A DNA stretch of 64,000 bases from Escherichia coli (lineage in GTDB: Bacteria > Pseudomonadota > Gammaproteobacteria > Enterobacterales > Enterobacteriaceae), in the NCBI RefSeq assembly GCF_044324875.1, contig NZ_CP172185.1, one strand, 5' to 3'. Positions within the stretch are counted from its first letter, which is position 1. Each line of letters begins with the position of its first letter. The notes under the pieces are model-generated. The model was not told the DNA's origin. It was given only the letters and a program-made list of their open reading frames with translations, and searched no databases. This document shows, piece by piece, positions 10,310 to 22,585 of the stretch. The translations under genes were made by a program, and so were the position numbers.

Positions 10310-11701
10310 ATGACAACCGAAACGCGTTTCCTCTATAGTCAACTTCCGGCTATTGATCGCTTATTGCGCGATAGCTCCTTCCTTTCTTTGCGTGATACTT
10401 ATGGTCACACCCGCGTGGTGGAATTGCTGCGTCAGATGCTTGACGAAGCGCGAGAAGTGATTCGTGACAGCCAGACGCTGCCCGCATGGTGTGAAAACTG
10501 GGCGCAAGAAGTCGATGCCCGACTGACGAAGGAGGCGCAGAGCGCGCTGCGTCCGGTGATCAACCTGACGGGAACCGTGCTGCATACCAACCTTGGTCGA
10601 GCTTTACAGGCGGAAGCCGCGGTGGAAGCCGTTGCGCAGGCTATGCGTTCGCCAGTGACCCTCGAGTACGATCTGGACGACGCCGGACGCGGACATCGCG
10701 ATCGGGCGCTGGCGCAGCTGCTGTGCCGTATTACGGGGGCGGAAGATGCCTGTATCGTTAATAACAATGCGGCGGCGGTGTTATTGATGTTGGCGGCCAC
10801 TGCTAGCGGGAAAGAGGTGGTGGTATCTCGCGGCGAACTGGTGGAGATTGGCGGCGCGTTTCGTATTCCTGATGTCATGCGTCAGGCAGGCTGCACCCTA
10901 CACGAAGTAGGGACCACCAACCGCACGCACGCGAATGATTATCGTCAGGCGGTGAATGAAAATACCGCACTGTTGATGAAAGTACATACCAGTAACTACA
11001 GCATTCAGGGGTTCACCAAAGCGATAGACGAAGCTGAACTGGTGGCGCTTGGCAAAGAACTGGATATTCCCGTGGTGACTGATTTAGGCAGTGGCTCGCT
11101 GGTCGATCTTAGCCAGTACGGTTTGCCGAAAGAGCCAATGCCGCAGGAGTTGATTGCGGCGGGCGTCAGTCTGGTGAGTTTCTCCGGCGACAAGTTGTTA
11201 GGCGGGCCGCAGGCAGGGATTATCGTTGGTAAAAAAGAGATGATCGCCCGCCTGCAAAGCCACCCGCTGAAGCGTGCATTACGCGCGGATAAAATGACCC
11301 TCGCGGCGCTGGAAGCCACGTTGCGTCTTTATTTACACCCTGAAGCTCTGAGTGAAAAATTACCGACCCTGCGCCTGCTTACCCGCAGCGCAGAGGTCAT
11401 TCAAATCCAGGCACAACGTTTACAGGCTCCCCTTGCCGCACATTACGGCGCGGAGTTTGCGGTACAGGTTATGCCATGTCTTTCGCAGATTGGCAGTGGT
11501 TCGCTGCCGGTTGATCGCCTGCCGAGCGCGGCATTAACGTTTACACCCCATGATGGACGCGGTAGCCACCTTGAGTCATTAGCCGCCCGCTGGCGTGAAT
11601 TGCCAGTGCCGGTGATTGGTCGTATTTATGACGGACGATTGTGGCTGGATTTACGCTGCCTTGAAGATGAGCAACGGTTTTTGGAGATGTTGTTGAAATG
11701 A
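10310..11701 (+). CDS. selA: L-seryl-tRNA(Sec) selenium transferase
   Basis: 463-aa [24 protein letters not shown]..., PLP-lysine region [13 protein letters not shown]. Confidence 0.95.
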   Translation: MTTETRFLYSQLPAIDRLLRDSSFLSLRDTYGHTRVVELLRQMLDEAREVIRDSQTLPAWCENWAQEVDARLTKEAQSALRPVINLTGTVLHTNLGRALQAEAAVEAVAQAMRSPVTLEYDLDDAGRGHRDRALAQLLCRITGAEDACIVNNNAAAVLLMLAATASGKEVVVSRGELVEIGGAFRIPDVMRQAGCTLHEVGTTNRTHANDYRQAVNENTALLMKVHTSNYSIQGFTKAIDEAELVALGKELDIPVVTDLGSGSLVDLSQYGLPKEPMPQELIAAGVSLVSFSGDKLLGGPQAGIIVGKKEMIARLQSHPLKRALRADKMTLAALEATLRLYLHPEALSEKLPTLRLLTRSAEVIQIQAQRLQAPLAAHYGAEFAVQVMPCLSQIGSGSLPVDRLPSAALTFTPHDGRGSHLESLAARWRELPVPVIGRIYDGRLWLDLRCLEDEQRFLEMLLK

Positions 11702-13542
11702 TTATTGCGACTGCCGGACACGTTGACCACGGCAAAACAACCTTATTGCAGGCGATTACTGGCGTAAATGCCGATCGTCTGCCGGAAGAAAAAAAGCGCG
11801 GCATGACCATCGATCTCGGCTATGCCTACTGGCCGCAGCCGGATGGTCGCGTGCCTGGTTTTATCGACGTACCCGGTCATGAAAAGTTTCTTTCCAACAT
11901 GCTGGCGGGCGTTGGTGGTATCGATCACGCGCTGTTGGTGGTGGCGTGCGATGACGGCGTGATGGCTCAGACTCGTGAGCATCTGGCGATTTTGCAGCTG
12001 ACCGGTAACCCGATGCTGACAGTGGCGCTGACCAAAGCCGATCGCGTGGACGAAGCGCGTGTTGATGAGGTTGAACGCCAGGTAAAGGAGGTGCTGCGGG
12101 AATACGGTTTTGCTGAGGCAAAACTGTTTATCACCGCAGCAACCGAAGGTCGGGGAATTGATGCCCTGCGCGAGCATTTGCTTCAGTTACCAGAACGTGA
12201 ACACGCCAGCCAACATAGTTTCCGCCTCGCGATCGACCGTGCATTTACCGTAAAAGGTGCCGGGCTGGTCGTCACCGGTACGGCGTTAAGCGGGGAAGTG
12301 AAGGTAGGCGATTCACTCTGGCTGACTGGTGTAAATAAACCGATGCGTGTACGTGCGCTGCATGCACAAAACCAGCCAACAGAAACCGCCCATGCCGGGC
12401 AGCGTATCGCGCTTAACATCGCGGGTGATGCGGAAAAAGAGCAGATTAACCGTGGCGACTGGCTGCTTACCGATGCGCCGCCGGAGCCGTTCACACGGGT
12501 GATTGTCGAGCTTCAAACCCATACACCGCTGAACCAGTGGCAGCCGCTGCATATTCACCACGCCGCCAGCCACGTCACGGGACGCGTTTCGCTGCTTGAA
12601 GATAACCTTGCCGAGCTGGTGTTCGACACGCCGCTATGGCTGGCGGATAACGATCGCCTGGTGCTGCGCGATATCTCGGCCCGCAACACGCTGGCGGGGG
12701 CGCGTGTGGTGATGCTTAACCCGCCGCGTCGCGGTAAGCGTAAGCCGGAATATCTGCAATGGCTGGCGTCTCTTGCACGGGTGCAGAGTGATGCCGATGC
12801 GTTATCTGTTCATCTGGAACGCGGAGCGGTTAACCTTGCAGATTTCGCCTGGGCACGGCAGCTCAACGGCGAAGGGATGCGCGAACTGCTGCAACAGCCT
12901 GGTTATATTCAGGCTGGTTATAGCTTGTTGAATGCGCCGGTTGCCGCCCGCTGGCAGCGGAAAATTCTCGACACATTAGCGACTTATCATGAGCAACATC
13001 GCGATGAACCTGGTCCTGGGCGAGAACGTCTGCGACGTATGGCGTTGCCAATGGAAGATGAAGCGCTGGTACTGTTGCTGATTGAAAAGATGCGCGAAAG
13101 CGGCGACATCCTCAGTCATCACGGTTGGCTGCATCTGCCGGATCATAAAGCGGGCTTCAGCGAAGAGCAGCAGGCCATCTGGCAAAAAGCAGAGCCGCTG
13201 TTTGGTGACGAGCCGTGGTGGGTGCGTGATCTGGCAAAAGAGACGGGAACCGACGAGCAGGCAATGCGCCTGACGCTACGCCAGGCGGCGCAGCAAGGAA
13301 TTATTACCGCGATCGTTAAAGATCGTTATTACCGTAACGATCGGATTGTCGAGTTTGCCAATATGATCCGCGATCTCGATCAGGAGTGTGGTTCAACCTG
13401 CGCGGCGGATTTCCGCGATCGCTTAGGTGTTGGTCGAAAACTGGCAATTCAAATTCTGGAATATTTTGACCGCATTGGCTTTACGCGTCGTCGTGGAAAT
13501 GATCATTTATTGCGCGACGCATTATTATTTCCGGAAAAATAA
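11698..13542 (+). CDS. selB: Selenocysteine-specific translation elongation factor
   Basis: 614-aa ORF with GTPase P-loop [11 protein letters not shown], overlapping the selA stop by 4 bp. Confidence 0.95.
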   Translation: MIIATAGHVDHGKTTLLQAITGVNADRLPEEKKRGMTIDLGYAYWPQPDGRVPGFIDVPGHEKFLSNMLAGVGGIDHALLVVACDDGVMAQTREHLAILQLTGNPMLTVALTKADRVDEARVDEVERQVKEVLREYGFAEAKLFITAATEGRGIDALREHLLQLPEREHASQHSFRLAIDRAFTVKGAGLVVTGTALSGEVKVGDSLWLTGVNKPMRVRALHAQNQPTETAHAGQRIALNIAGDAEKEQINRGDWLLTDAPPEPFTRVIVELQTHTPLNQWQPLHIHHAASHVTGRVSLLEDNLAELVFDTPLWLADNDRLVLRDISARNTLAGARVVMLNPPRRGKRKPEYLQWLASLARVQSDADALSVHLERGAVNLADFAWARQLNGEGMRELLQQPGYIQAGYSLLNAPVAARWQRKILDTLATYHEQHRDEPGPGRERLRRMALPMEDEALVLLLIEKMRESGDILSHHGWLHLPDHKAGFSEEQQAIWQKAEPLFGDEPWWVRDLAKETGTDEQAMRLTLRQAAQQGIITAIVKDRYYRNDRIVEFANMIRDLDQECGSTCAADFRDRLGVGRKLAIQILEYFDRIGFTRRRGNDHLLRDALLFPEK

Positions 13543-13601
13543 GGAAATGATTAATTAAGTTTTAAAATAAATTAATACAAAATTCTTATGAATTTAAAAA
13601 A

Positions 13602-13637
13602 AGCACATTGTTTAATGAATACAATGTGCTTTTTATT
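13602..13637 (+). terminator. Rho-independent terminator downstream of selB
   Basis: 9-bp stem agcacattg / caatgtgct followed by tttttatt. Confidence 0.55.
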
Positions 13638-13731
13638 AGATTAATTTTGATAATCAATAATACTGATCATATTTTTGAATGAAAATCCTCAGTAAGCTGC
13701 CCGCCCTTTTTTACACTTTCAGGAGTGTGTT

Positions 13732-14883
13732 ATGGCAGCTTCAACCTTTTTTATTCCTGCCGTGAATGTTATTGGTGCTGATTCATTGAATGATGCAATG
13801 AATATGATGGCAGATTATGGATTTACCCGTACCTTAATTGTCACTGACAATATGTTAACGAAATTGGGTATGGCGGGTGATGTGCAAAAAGCACTGGAAG
13901 AACGCAATATTTTTAGCGTTATTTATGATGGCACCCAACCTAACCCCACCACGGAAAACGTCGCTGCAGGTTTGAAATTACTTAAAGAAAATAATTGCGA
14001 TAGCGTGATTTCCTTAGGCGGTGGTTCTCCACACGACTGCGCAAAAGGTATTGCGCTGGTGGCAGCCAATGGTGGCGATATTCGCGATTACGAAGGCGTT
14101 GACCGCTCTGCAAAACCGCAGCTGCCGATGATCGCCATCAATACCACGGCGGGTACGGCCTCTGAAATGACCCGTTTCTGCATCATCACTGACGAAGCGC
14201 GTCATATCAAAATGGCGATTGTTGATAAACATGTAACTCCGTTGCTTTCTGTCAATGACTCCTCGCTGATGATCGGTATGCCGAAGTCACTGACCGCCGC
14301 AACGGGTATGGATGCCTTAACACACGCTATCGAAGCGTATGTCTCTATCGCTGCAACGCCGATCACTGACGCTTGCGCACTGAAAGCGGTGACCATGATT
14401 GCCGAAAACCTGCCGTTAGCCGTTGAAGATGGCAGCAATGCTAAAGCGCGTGAAGCAATGGCTTATGCCCAGTTCCTCGCTGGTATGGCGTTCAACAACG
14501 CATCTCTTGGTTATGTTCATGCGATGGCGCACCAACTGGGCGGTTTCTACAACCTGCCACACGGTGTATGTAATGCTGTTCTGCTGCCACACGTTCAGGT
14601 GTTCAACAGCAAAGTCGCTGCTGCGCGTCTGCGTGACTGTGCTGCTGCCATGGGCGTTAACGTGACAGGCAAAAATGACGCGGAAGGCGCAGAAGCGTGC
14701 ATCAATGCCATCCGTGAACTGGCGAAGAAAGTGAATATCCCGGCAGGCCTGCGTGACCTGAACGTGAAAGAAGAGGATTTCGCGGTACTGGCCACCAATG
14801 CCCTGAAAGATGCGTGTGGGTTTACTAACCCGATTCAGGCAACTCACGAAGAGATTGTGGCAATTTATCGCGCTGCGATGTAA
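13732..14883 (+). CDS. yiaY: Iron-containing alcohol dehydrogenase
   Basis: 383-aa ORF with Fe-ADH family motifs ([11 protein letters not shown], histidine cluster). Confidence 0.9.
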   Translation: MAASTFFIPAVNVIGADSLNDAMNMMADYGFTRTLIVTDNMLTKLGMAGDVQKALEERNIFSVIYDGTQPNPTTENVAAGLKLLKENNCDSVISLGGGSPHDCAKGIALVAANGGDIRDYEGVDRSAKPQLPMIAINTTAGTASEMTRFCIITDEARHIKMAIVDKHVTPLLSVNDSSLMIGMPKSLTAATGMDALTHAIEAYVSIAATPITDACALKAVTMIAENLPLAVEDGSNAKAREAMAYAQFLAGMAFNNASLGYVHAMAHQLGGFYNLPHGVCNAVLLPHVQVFNSKVAAARLRDCAAAMGVNVTGKNDAEGAEACINAIRELAKKVNIPAGLRDLNVKEEDFAVLATNALKDACGFTNPIQATHEEIVAIYRAAM

Positions 14884-15083
14884 TCATCATTCCCCCAATG
14901 GCTGGCTAATTGTCAGCCATTTTTTAAACTATCTCAAAATTTGCGATTTTTGAGAGAGTTTTAGTTATCTCTGTAACCCTTGCCCGTAAATTCGTGATAG
15001 CCGTCGTAAAGCTGTTACCGACTGGCGAAGATTTCGCCAGCCACGTCTACCCTTGTTATACCTCACACCGCAAGGAGACGATC

Positions 15084-16622
15084 ATGACCAATAATCCCCC
15101 TTCAGCACAGATTAAGCCCGGCGAGTATGGTTTCCCCCTCAAGTTAAAAACCCGCTATGACAACTTTATTGGCGGCGAATGGGTAGCCCCTGCCGATGGT
15201 GAGTATTACCAGAACCTGACGCCGGTGACCGGGCAGCTGCTGTGCGAAGTGGCGTCTTCGGGCAAACGAGACATCGATCTGGCGCTGGATGCTGCGCACA
15301 AAGTGAAAGATAAATGGGCGCACACCTCGGTGCAGGATCGTGCGGCGATTCTGTTTAAGATTGCCGATCGAATGGAACAAAACCTCGAGCTGTTAGCGAC
15401 AGCTGAAACCTGGGATAACGGCAAACCCATTCGCGAAACCAGTGCTGCTGATGTACCGCTGGCGATTGACCATTTCCGCTATTTCGCCTCGTGTATTCGG
15501 GCGCAGGAAGGTGGGATCAGTGAAGTTGATAGCGAAACCGTGGCCTATCATTTCCATGAACCGTTAGGCGTGGTGGGGCAGATTATCCCGTGGAACTTCC
15601 CGCTGCTGATGGCGAGCTGGAAAATGGCCCCTGCGCTGGCGGCGGGCAACTGCGTGGTGCTGAAACCCGCACGGCTTACCCCGCTTTCTGTACTGCTGCT
15701 AATGGAAATCGTCGGTGATTTACTGCCGCCGGGCGTGGTGAACGTGGTCAACGGTGCAGGTGGGGAAATTGGCGAATATCTGGCGACCTCGAAACGCATC
15801 GCCAAAGTGGCGTTTACCGGCTCAACGGAAGTGGGTCAACAAATTATGCAATACGCCACGCAAAACATTATTCCGGTGACGCTGGAGCTGGGCGGCAAAT
15901 CGCCAAATATCTTCTTTGCTGACGTGATGGATGAAGAAGATGCCTTTTTTGATAAAGCGCTGGAAGGCTTTGCACTGTTTGCCTTTAACCAGGGCGAAGT
16001 TTGCACCTGTCCAAGCCGTGCTTTAGTGCAGGAGTCTATCTACGAACGCTTCATGGAACGCGCCATCCGCCGTGTTGAAAGTATTCGTAGCGGTAACCCG
16101 CTCGACAGCGTGACGCAAATGGGCGCGCAGGTTTCTCACGGGCAACTGGAAACCATCCTCAACTACATTGATATTGGTAAAAAAGAGGGCGCAGACGTGC
16201 TCACCGGCGGGCGGCGCAAGCTGCTGGAAGGAGAACTGAAAGACGGCTACTACCTCGAACCGACGATTCTGTTTGGTCAGAATAATATGCGCGTGTTCCA
16301 GGAAGAAATTTTTGGTCCGGTGCTGGCGGTGACCACCTTCAAAACGATGGAAGAAGCGCTGGAGCTGGCGAACGACACACAATATGGCCTGGGCGCGGGT
16401 GTCTGGAGCCGCAACGGTAATCTGGCCTATAAGATGGGGCGCGGCATTCAGGCTGGGCGCGTGTGGACCAACTGTTATCACGCTTACCCGGCACATGCGG
16501 CGTTTGGCGGCTACAAACAGTCGGGCATCGGACGCGAAACCCATAAGATGATGCTTGAGCATTACCAGCAAACCAAGTGCCTGCTGGTGAGCTATTCGGA
16601 TAAACCGTTGGGGCTGTTCTGA
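15084..16622 (+). CDS. aldB: Aldehyde dehydrogenase B
   Basis: Track ORF trimmed to ATG at 15084 preceded by aaggaga SD; [15 protein letters not shown]..., ALDH catalytic Cys region. Confidence 0.95.
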   Translation: MTNNPPSAQIKPGEYGFPLKLKTRYDNFIGGEWVAPADGEYYQNLTPVTGQLLCEVASSGKRDIDLALDAAHKVKDKWAHTSVQDRAAILFKIADRMEQNLELLATAETWDNGKPIRETSAADVPLAIDHFRYFASCIRAQEGGISEVDSETVAYHFHEPLGVVGQIIPWNFPLLMASWKMAPALAAGNCVVLKPARLTPLSVLLLMEIVGDLLPPGVVNVVNGAGGEIGEYLATSKRIAKVAFTGSTEVGQQIMQYATQNIIPVTLELGGKSPNIFFADVMDEEDAFFDKALEGFALFAFNQGEVCTCPSRALVQESIYERFMERAIRRVESIRSGNPLDSVTQMGAQVSHGQLETILNYIDIGKKEGADVLTGGRRKLLEGELKDGYYLEPTILFGQNNMRVFQEEIFGPVLAVTTFKTMEEALELANDTQYGLGAGVWSRNGNLAYKMGRGIQAGRVWTNCYHAYPAHAAFGGYKQSGIGRETHKMMLEHYQQTKCLLVSYSDKPLGLF

Positions 16623-16653
16623 TATAAGAAGCTGGTCGCATTGGGTATTCATT

Positions 16654-16738
16654 GCCTGATGCGACGCTTACGCGTTTTATCATGCCTACGGGGACCTGAC
16701 CGTAGGCCGGATAAGGCGTACACGCCGCATCCGGCATA
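16654..16738. repeat. REP-type palindromic elements downstream of aldB
   Basis: gcctgatgcgacgcttacgcg ... ccgtaggccggataaggcgtacacgccgcatccggc. Confidence 0.6.
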
Positions 16739-17174
16739 AACAAAGCGCACGTTGTTACAATTTACGTTTTAAACCTACGTGCGCAATAACCCAATAACCC
16801 AGACTACGCCAACAGAAGTGCGTTTCTGGGGCGTGTTTTGCCAGGAGTTTAATCTCGCGTTTCGATGGTGAGCGGGCGAACCAGACCATAAATCACCATT
16901 GGCGTTCCGAGGCCAATCAGCAATAAACGGTAGATAATTGAAGGTTTAATACGCTTAATCTGTACTGTGGATGTTTTACTGGAGTTATTCATTAGTTTGG
17001 CCAATAGTTCCATTATTTCAATATGATAAGCCTCGCACTGTTGAAAAGCCAGGCTGCACATTTCAGAAAGTATATAAAAAACAATATGTCGTTATATAAA
17101 TAAGGAAATTGCACCGCATTATGGTATTTCATAATATGCGTTAATTGTTCTTTTCTATATTCTCTGAGGGAAAT

Positions 17175-17498
17175 ATGTTCCTGGATTATTTTGCATTGGG
17201 AGTGCTTATTTTTGTATTTCTGGTGATATTCTATGGGATTATTATTTTACATGATGTTCCCTACCTGATTGCTAAAAAACGTAATCATCCACATGCCGAC
17301 GCCATTCATGTTGCTGGTTGGGTAAGTCTTTTTACGTTACATGTTATCTGGCCATTTTTGTGGATTTGGGCCACGCTTTACCGCCCGGAGCGGGGATGGG
17401 GAATGCAAAACCATGACTCCTCCGTTGTGCAACTACAACAGCGTATTGCCGGGCTGGAGAAACAGCTCGCCGACATCAAATCCTCTTCTGCCGAGTAA
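17175..17498 (+). CDS. yiaW: Small inner-membrane protein, DUF3302 family (yibI paralog)
   Basis: Track ORF starts at TTG 17145; likely true start ATG 17175 after gaggg SD; 107 aa [21 protein letters not shown]. Confidence 0.85.
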   Translation: MFLDYFALGVLIFVFLVIFYGIIILHDVPYLIAKKRNHPHADAIHVAGWVSLFTLHVIWPFLWIWATLYRPERGWGMQNHDSSVVQLQQRIAGLEKQLADIKSSSAE

Positions 17499-17503
17499 TA
17501 CTT

Positions 17504-18640
17504 ATGGATTTACTGATTATTTTAACCTATGTGGCTTTCGCATGGGCAATGTTTAAGATCTTCAAAATTCCTGTAAATAAATGGACCATTCCCACAGCGG
17601 CCCTGGGTGGCATATTTATTGTCAGCGGTTTAATTCTGTTAATGAACTATAACCATCCGTATACCTTTAAAGCGCAAAAAGCGGTTATTTCTATTCCTGT
17701 TGTCCCACAGGTGACAGGCGTGGTGATCGAAGTGACGGACAAGAAAAATACGCTGATTAAAAAAGGTGAGGTGCTATTTCGACTGGACCCGACGCGTTAT
17801 CAGGCGCGGGTGGATCGGCTGATGGCGGATATCGTTACCGCAGAACATAAACAGCGGGCGTTGGGCGCAGAGTTAGATGAGATGGCGGCGAATACTCAGC
17901 AGGCAAAGGCCACGCGGGATAAATTCGCTAAAGAGTATCAGCGTTACGCACGCGGCAGTCAGGCGAAAGTAAACCCGTTTTCAGAACGTGATATCGATGT
18001 GGCGCGGCAAAATTATCTGGCACAGGAAGCCTCCGTAAAATCAGCGGCGGCGGAACAAAAACAGATCCTGAGCCAGCTGGATAGCCTGGTGTTGGGTGAA
18101 CATTCTCAAATCGCCAGCCTGAAAGCACAGCTCGCGGAAGCAAAATATAACCTTGAGCAGACGATAGTGCGTGCGCCGAGCGATGGTTATGTGACCCAGG
18201 TACTGATTCGTCCGGGTACCTATGCCGCGTCGCTGCCGCTACGTCCGGTGATGGTGTTTATACCCGATCAGAAACGACAAATCGTGGCGCAGTTCCGTCA
18301 GAACTCCTTGCTGCGACTGGCTCCTGGCGACGATGCGGAAGTGGTGTTTAATGCTCTGCCAGGTAAGGTATTCAGCGGTAAGCTGGCAGCCATTAGTCCA
18401 GCCGTTCCCGGCGGAGCTTATCAGTCGACCGGCACCTTACAGACGTTAAACACAGCGCCGGGTTCAGATGGCGTTATCGCGACCATTGAACTGGATGAGC
18501 ATACTGATTTGAGCGCATTACCAGACGGTATTTACGCCCAGGTGGCGGTCTACTCTGATCATTTCAGCCATGTCTCGGTGATGCGCAAAGTACTGTTACG
18601 CATGACCAGCTGGGTGCATTACCTTTATCTCGATCATTAA
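17504..18640 (+). CDS. yiaV: HlyD-family membrane fusion protein (yibH paralog)
   Basis: 378-aa [23 protein letters not shown]..., same architecture as yibH. Confidence 0.85.
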   Translation: MDLLIILTYVAFAWAMFKIFKIPVNKWTIPTAALGGIFIVSGLILLMNYNHPYTFKAQKAVISIPVVPQVTGVVIEVTDKKNTLIKKGEVLFRLDPTRYQARVDRLMADIVTAEHKQRALGAELDEMAANTQQAKATRDKFAKEYQRYARGSQAKVNPFSERDIDVARQNYLAQEASVKSAAAEQKQILSQLDSLVLGEHSQIASLKAQLAEAKYNLEQTIVRAPSDGYVTQVLIRPGTYAASLPLRPVMVFIPDQKRQIVAQFRQNSLLRLAPGDDAEVVFNALPGKVFSGKLAAISPAVPGGAYQSTGTLQTLNTAPGSDGVIATIELDEHTDLSALPDGIYAQVAVYSDHFSHVSVMRKVLLRMTSWVHYLYLDH

Positions 18641-19611
18641 TCTTCGCTTTCCGCCGTTTGTTCAGGCCGCAGTTGCTGCGACTGAGCAAGCTGGTGGCGA
18701 ATTTCACGCAGCATTTCATCCAGCACATACTGGACCCGCCAGGGCTGGTATTCCCGTTTACGGAAGATAGCCACCAGATCCAGCCACCATTCATACGGGT
18801 GCTGAAAGCAGGGCACCAGCGTGCCGTCTTGCAGGTCGCTCTGCACACTTTTGTCTGGCGCAAACACAATCCCCAGGTGATTTCGTGCCAGCTCCAGCGC
18901 AGATTGCGTGTTGTCGCAAACGTAATTTCCCTTCACGCGATAATCCCGCACCTCTTTACTCCCGGCGACGTTGAAGCGCCAGATATTCGCGTCGTCGATC
19001 ATCATCGAGTCGATCAAAATACAGGAGTGATGTTCGAGTTCGTCAGGACGGCTAATGGGATGTTTCTCAAGATAGCGCTGGCTGGCATAAGCGGTTACGG
19101 CATATTGGGTAATAAAACTGGCAACCAGCGATTCATCTTTTGGTTGGGCGTAGCTGATTAAAACATCACAATCATCGGGAAATTCGACGCCTTCATAAAA
19201 GGCATTACGCTCAAGATTGCAGGTTTTTAGCGATAAGGTGATATCACCGATATCTTTAATTTTATCGATTACATGTTTGGATAAATAGGTAATTATGCCG
19301 GTTGGTGCATAGATAGTGACCCGACCACGTTTCTCATGCTTATAATCTGCAATAAAATTATTAAGCTGCTCGTTTCTGTCCAGCATGTCGTTGATGTACG
19401 GTAACAGCACGGTGCCAAAAGGTGTGAGCATCAGCTGTCGGGTGGTTCGGTCAAAGACTTTTAAACCCACTTTTGATTCAAAATCAGCAAGATATTTGCT
19501 GACGTTGGCCTGTGCGATGCCAAGTACAGTCGCGGCATGGCTGATATTTTCACTGGCAGCGATTACCGAGATAATTTTTAACTCCCGGTACTTAAGTTGT
19601 AATTTTGTCAT
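18637..19611 (-). CDS. yiaU: LysR-family transcriptional regulator
   Basis: 324-aa ORF with N-terminal HTH ([27 protein letters not shown]); convergent with yiaV and overlapping it by 4 bp. Confidence 0.9.
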   Translation of the reverse strand: MTKLQLKYRELKIISVIAASENISHAATVLGIAQANVSKYLADFESKVGLKVFDRTTRQLMLTPFGTVLLPYINDMLDRNEQLNNFIADYKHEKRGRVTIYAPTGIITYLSKHVIDKIKDIGDITLSLKTCNLERNAFYEGVEFPDDCDVLISYAQPKDESLVASFITQYAVTAYASQRYLEKHPISRPDELEHHSCILIDSMMIDDANIWRFNVAGSKEVRDYRVKGNYVCDNTQSALELARNHLGIVFAPDKSVQSDLQDGTLVPCFQHPYEWWLDLVAIFRKREYQPWRVQYVLDEMLREIRHQLAQSQQLRPEQTAESED

Positions 19612-19734
19612 CGCAACAGCCCAATTATATATAATTTTATATATTACTATATAAATATGAATCTTGCACCGGATAAATTGTAAGCATTACTATGCCGACT
19701 CTTTTTTATCTTATTTTAAAATGGAATACCGGAC

Positions 19735-20475
19735 ATGTTAATTAACCGCAATATTGTGGCGTTATTTGCGTTGCCTTTTATGGCAAGCGCAACTGCTTCT
19801 GAATTATCCATTGGTGCTGGTGCGGCTTATAATGAATCGCCTTATCGCGGTTATAATGAAAATACAAAGGCAATTCCGCTGATTAGTTATGAAGGTGATA
19901 CTTTTTATGTTCGTCAGACCACGTTAGGTTTTATTCTGTCGCAAAGTGAAAAAAATGAACTTAGCCTGACCGCATCCTGGATGCCGCTGGAATTTGACCC
20001 TGCCGATAATGACGATTATGCCATGCAACAGCTTGATAAGCGTGATAGTACGGCTATGGCGGGGGTTGCCTGGTATCACCACGAGCGTTGGGGAACCGTG
20101 AAAGCCTCTGCGGCTGCGGACGTTCTGGATAACAGCAACGGCTGGGTGGGGGAGCTATCGGTATTCCACAAAATGCAGATAGGTCGCCTGTCGCTGACAC
20201 CTGCGCTGGGCGTTCTCTATTATGACGAGAATTTCAGTGACTATTACTATGGCATTTCAGAGAGTGAGTCCCGTCGTAGCGGTCTGGCAAGTTATTCCGC
20301 GCAGGATGCCTGGGTGCCCTATGTCAGCCTGACGGCAAAATACCCGATAGGAGAGCACGTCGTATTGATGGCGAGCGCAGGATACAGCGAGCTGCCGGAA
20401 GAGATTACCGACAGCCCGATGGTTGATCGTAATGAGAGTTTTACCTTTGTCACTGGCGTGAGCTGGCGTTTTTAA
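19735..20475 (+). CDS. yiaT: Outer-membrane protein, MipA/OmpV family
   Basis: 246-aa ORF with signal peptide and C-terminal ...SWRF beta-barrel terminus. Confidence 0.85.
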   Translation: MLINRNIVALFALPFMASATASELSIGAGAAYNESPYRGYNENTKAIPLISYEGDTFYVRQTTLGFILSQSEKNELSLTASWMPLEFDPADNDDYAMQQLDKRDSTAMAGVAWYHHERWGTVKASAAADVLDNSNGWVGELSVFHKMQIGRLSLTPALGVLYYDENFSDYYYGISESESRRSGLASYSAQDAWVPYVSLTAKYPIGEHVVLMASAGYSELPEEITDSPMVDRNESFTFVTGVSWRF

Positions 20476-20499
20476 TTCACCGGTGGATGTCGGTGCGGC

Positions 20500-20610
20500 T
20501 GGCCTACGCTCTCGCACCGACTTGTAGGCCTGATAAGACGTGTTAAGCGTCGCATCAGGCAATGTGCACCCTACGGTGGATGCGGCGCGAGTGCCTTATC
20601 CAACCTACGG
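20500..20610. repeat. REP-type palindromic elements at the yiaT side of the accessory locus
   Basis: gtaggcctgataagacgtgttaagcgtcgcatcaggc and ggatgcggcgcgagtgccttatcc units. Confidence 0.6.
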
Positions 20611-22575
20611 ATGGCAATGCTTTTCCTCATTCACCCAGATCCGCATTTCGCCTTCACCCCGGTTGGCCCAGCTAAACCACGGGATAAACGTCAGAATTTG
20701 CGGCTGGCGTTTGGCTGGCGCGCTGTCGTAATGCCACAGCGGTTGCTGCTCTGGATTGCTCTGTTCATACCGGTAACCCGGTGCCTGGATTAAGATCTTA
20801 TGGCTGAACAATCCCTTACCTTCAAATGTCGTAAATGGCGCATCGGCGGGCAGCCACAGGTTATGCAGTGACTCGCCGTTGTCGGCCTGTTCCAGGCAAT
20901 ACACCAGCGGGCCGCGCTGAATCGCCACTTTTCCGGCGACGTGACGCACCAGAGGGTTACCGTAAACGCGGCGTACCGGCATCGGCAAAGTCAGATTCAG
21001 CGTATCGCCCTCCTGCCATTCGCGGGTAATGTGCAAATACCCTTTACGAATATCCTGCTCGACCTCTTCCCCATTCAATATGATCTGCGGCTGTGTGCAC
21101 CAGTCCGGCAGACGTAAAGCCAGCGTATGACGCACCGGCTGGGGCGATTCAACCGCAATTGTCACCTGTTCCTGCCACGGATAGTTCCCGCTAACCCGCA
21201 GGCGCAACGTGCCATTTTCTACCGGCACTTCCATGCTGTTTCCTGCGTAGATGTTGATATACAACGCATCTTCACGCGGCGTGTAGAGATAATGACCAAT
21301 CGAGGTCAGTACGCGGGCGATATTTGGCGGACAACAAGCGCAGCCAAACCAACGCTGGCGGAGCGGTTTAACGTGATCGTAGATATGGTTGAATTTCAGC
21401 GATTTTGGATGTACTTCCAGCGGATTCACATAGAAGAAATGTTTGCCATCCAGTGCCATGCCGCCGAGCACAGTGTTGTACAGCGCGCGCTCCATCACAT
21501 CGGCATATTGACTGTCGCCTTCCATTTCCAGCATTCGCCGGGCAAACATCATCAGGCCGATGGAGGCGCAACTTTCAGCGTATACCGTGTCATTCGGCAG
21601 ATCGTAATCGCTGCTGAACGCTTCACCGCTGCTTTGTGAGCCAATGCCGCCGGTAATATATAACTGACGCTGGGCCATATTGTTCCACAGCCGCAGGCAA
21701 TCCTGACGCTTGCTTTCATCGTGACTTAAACGCGCCAGATGTGCGACGCCAGTCATCAGGTAGACAAAGCGTACTGCATGTCCGATGGCGGTTTGTTGCT
21801 GTGCGATGGGCAAATGCGCCTGGCTGTAGGCTTTATCTTTCACCATCCACGCCGGGCCGTAGGTGTGCCAGTGCGAGGTCTGCCCGCGCTTTTCATATTC
21901 CTGGTCGTAATAGTGCGGTTGCGCACCACGCTGTTCGACAAAATAGTTCGTCAGCGCCAGGTAGCGCGGCTCTTCGGTCACTTCATACAGGCGCATTAGT
22001 GCCAGTTCAATTTCCGGGTGACCAGGATAACCGTGTAACTTACTTTCACCTGGACCAAATACGCTGTCGATATGATCGGCCAGACGGCAAACCACTTCCA
22101 GCAAGCGCCGCTTGCCCGTGGCCTGGAAGAAGGCGACTCCGGCTTCAATCAGATGACCGGCGCAGTAAAGTTCATGACACTCCGCCAGATTGCTCCAGCG
22201 TTCTTCGGGCGCTTTTACCGTAAAGTAAGTATTGAGATAGCCATCTTCGCACTGGGCGGAGGCGATCAGTTCAATCACCTCGTCAGCAGTTTTTTCCAGT
22301 TCGGCATCCGGCTTCTGGCACAGCGACCAGGCTACCGCTTCCAGCCATTTGGCGACGTCGCTGTCCTGAAACACCATCCCGTAAAATTCACCGTCTTGCA
22401 GTCCTGCGGCAATGCGAAAGTTTTCAATCGCATGGCTGGGTTCCGCTTCTGGGATACGATCGTTCAAGGCGTCCCACTGATAAGGAATCACCACATCGCG
22501 GACCAGTTGTTGGTACTGACCGAGGAACGGATCGCTGACCGTCAGTTTATGCAGATCGACTTCCGAAATGTTCAT
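20605..22575 (-). CDS. Glycoside hydrolase, GH127-like (DUF1680; beta-L-arabinofuranosidase-type)
   Basis: Track ORF trimmed to ATG 22573-22575, preceded by TAAGGAG SD that overlaps the upstream transporter stop; 656 aa; Cys-rich motif WFGCACCPPN typical of the family. Confidence 0.75.
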   Translation of the reverse strand: MNISEVDLHKLTVSDPFLGQYQQLVRDVVIPYQWDALNDRIPEAEPSHAIENFRIAAGLQDGEFYGMVFQDSDVAKWLEAVAWSLCQKPDAELEKTADEVIELIASAQCEDGYLNTYFTVKAPEERWSNLAECHELYCAGHLIEAGVAFFQATGKRRLLEVVCRLADHIDSVFGPGESKLHGYPGHPEIELALMRLYEVTEEPRYLALTNYFVEQRGAQPHYYDQEYEKRGQTSHWHTYGPAWMVKDKAYSQAHLPIAQQQTAIGHAVRFVYLMTGVAHLARLSHDESKRQDCLRLWNNMAQRQLYITGGIGSQSSGEAFSSDYDLPNDTVYAESCASIGLMMFARRMLEMEGDSQYADVMERALYNTVLGGMALDGKHFFYVNPLEVHPKSLKFNHIYDHVKPLRQRWFGCACCPPNIARVLTSIGHYLYTPREDALYINIYAGNSMEVPVENGTLRLRVSGNYPWQEQVTIAVESPQPVRHTLALRLPDWCTQPQIILNGEEVEQDIRKGYLHITREWQEGDTLNLTLPMPVRRVYGNPLVRHVAGKVAIQRGPLVYCLEQADNGESLHNLWLPADAPFTTFEGKGLFSHKILIQAPGYRYEQSNPEQQPLWHYDSAPAKRQPQILTFIPWFSWANRGEGEMRIWVNEEKHCHP

Positions 22576-22585
22576 CTTGTGCTCC

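Noticed and set aside
16023-16743. Minus-strand ORFs 16023-16652 and 16339-16743
   Set aside because: Antisense to aldB and extending into the REP elements; no start context or protein-like composition
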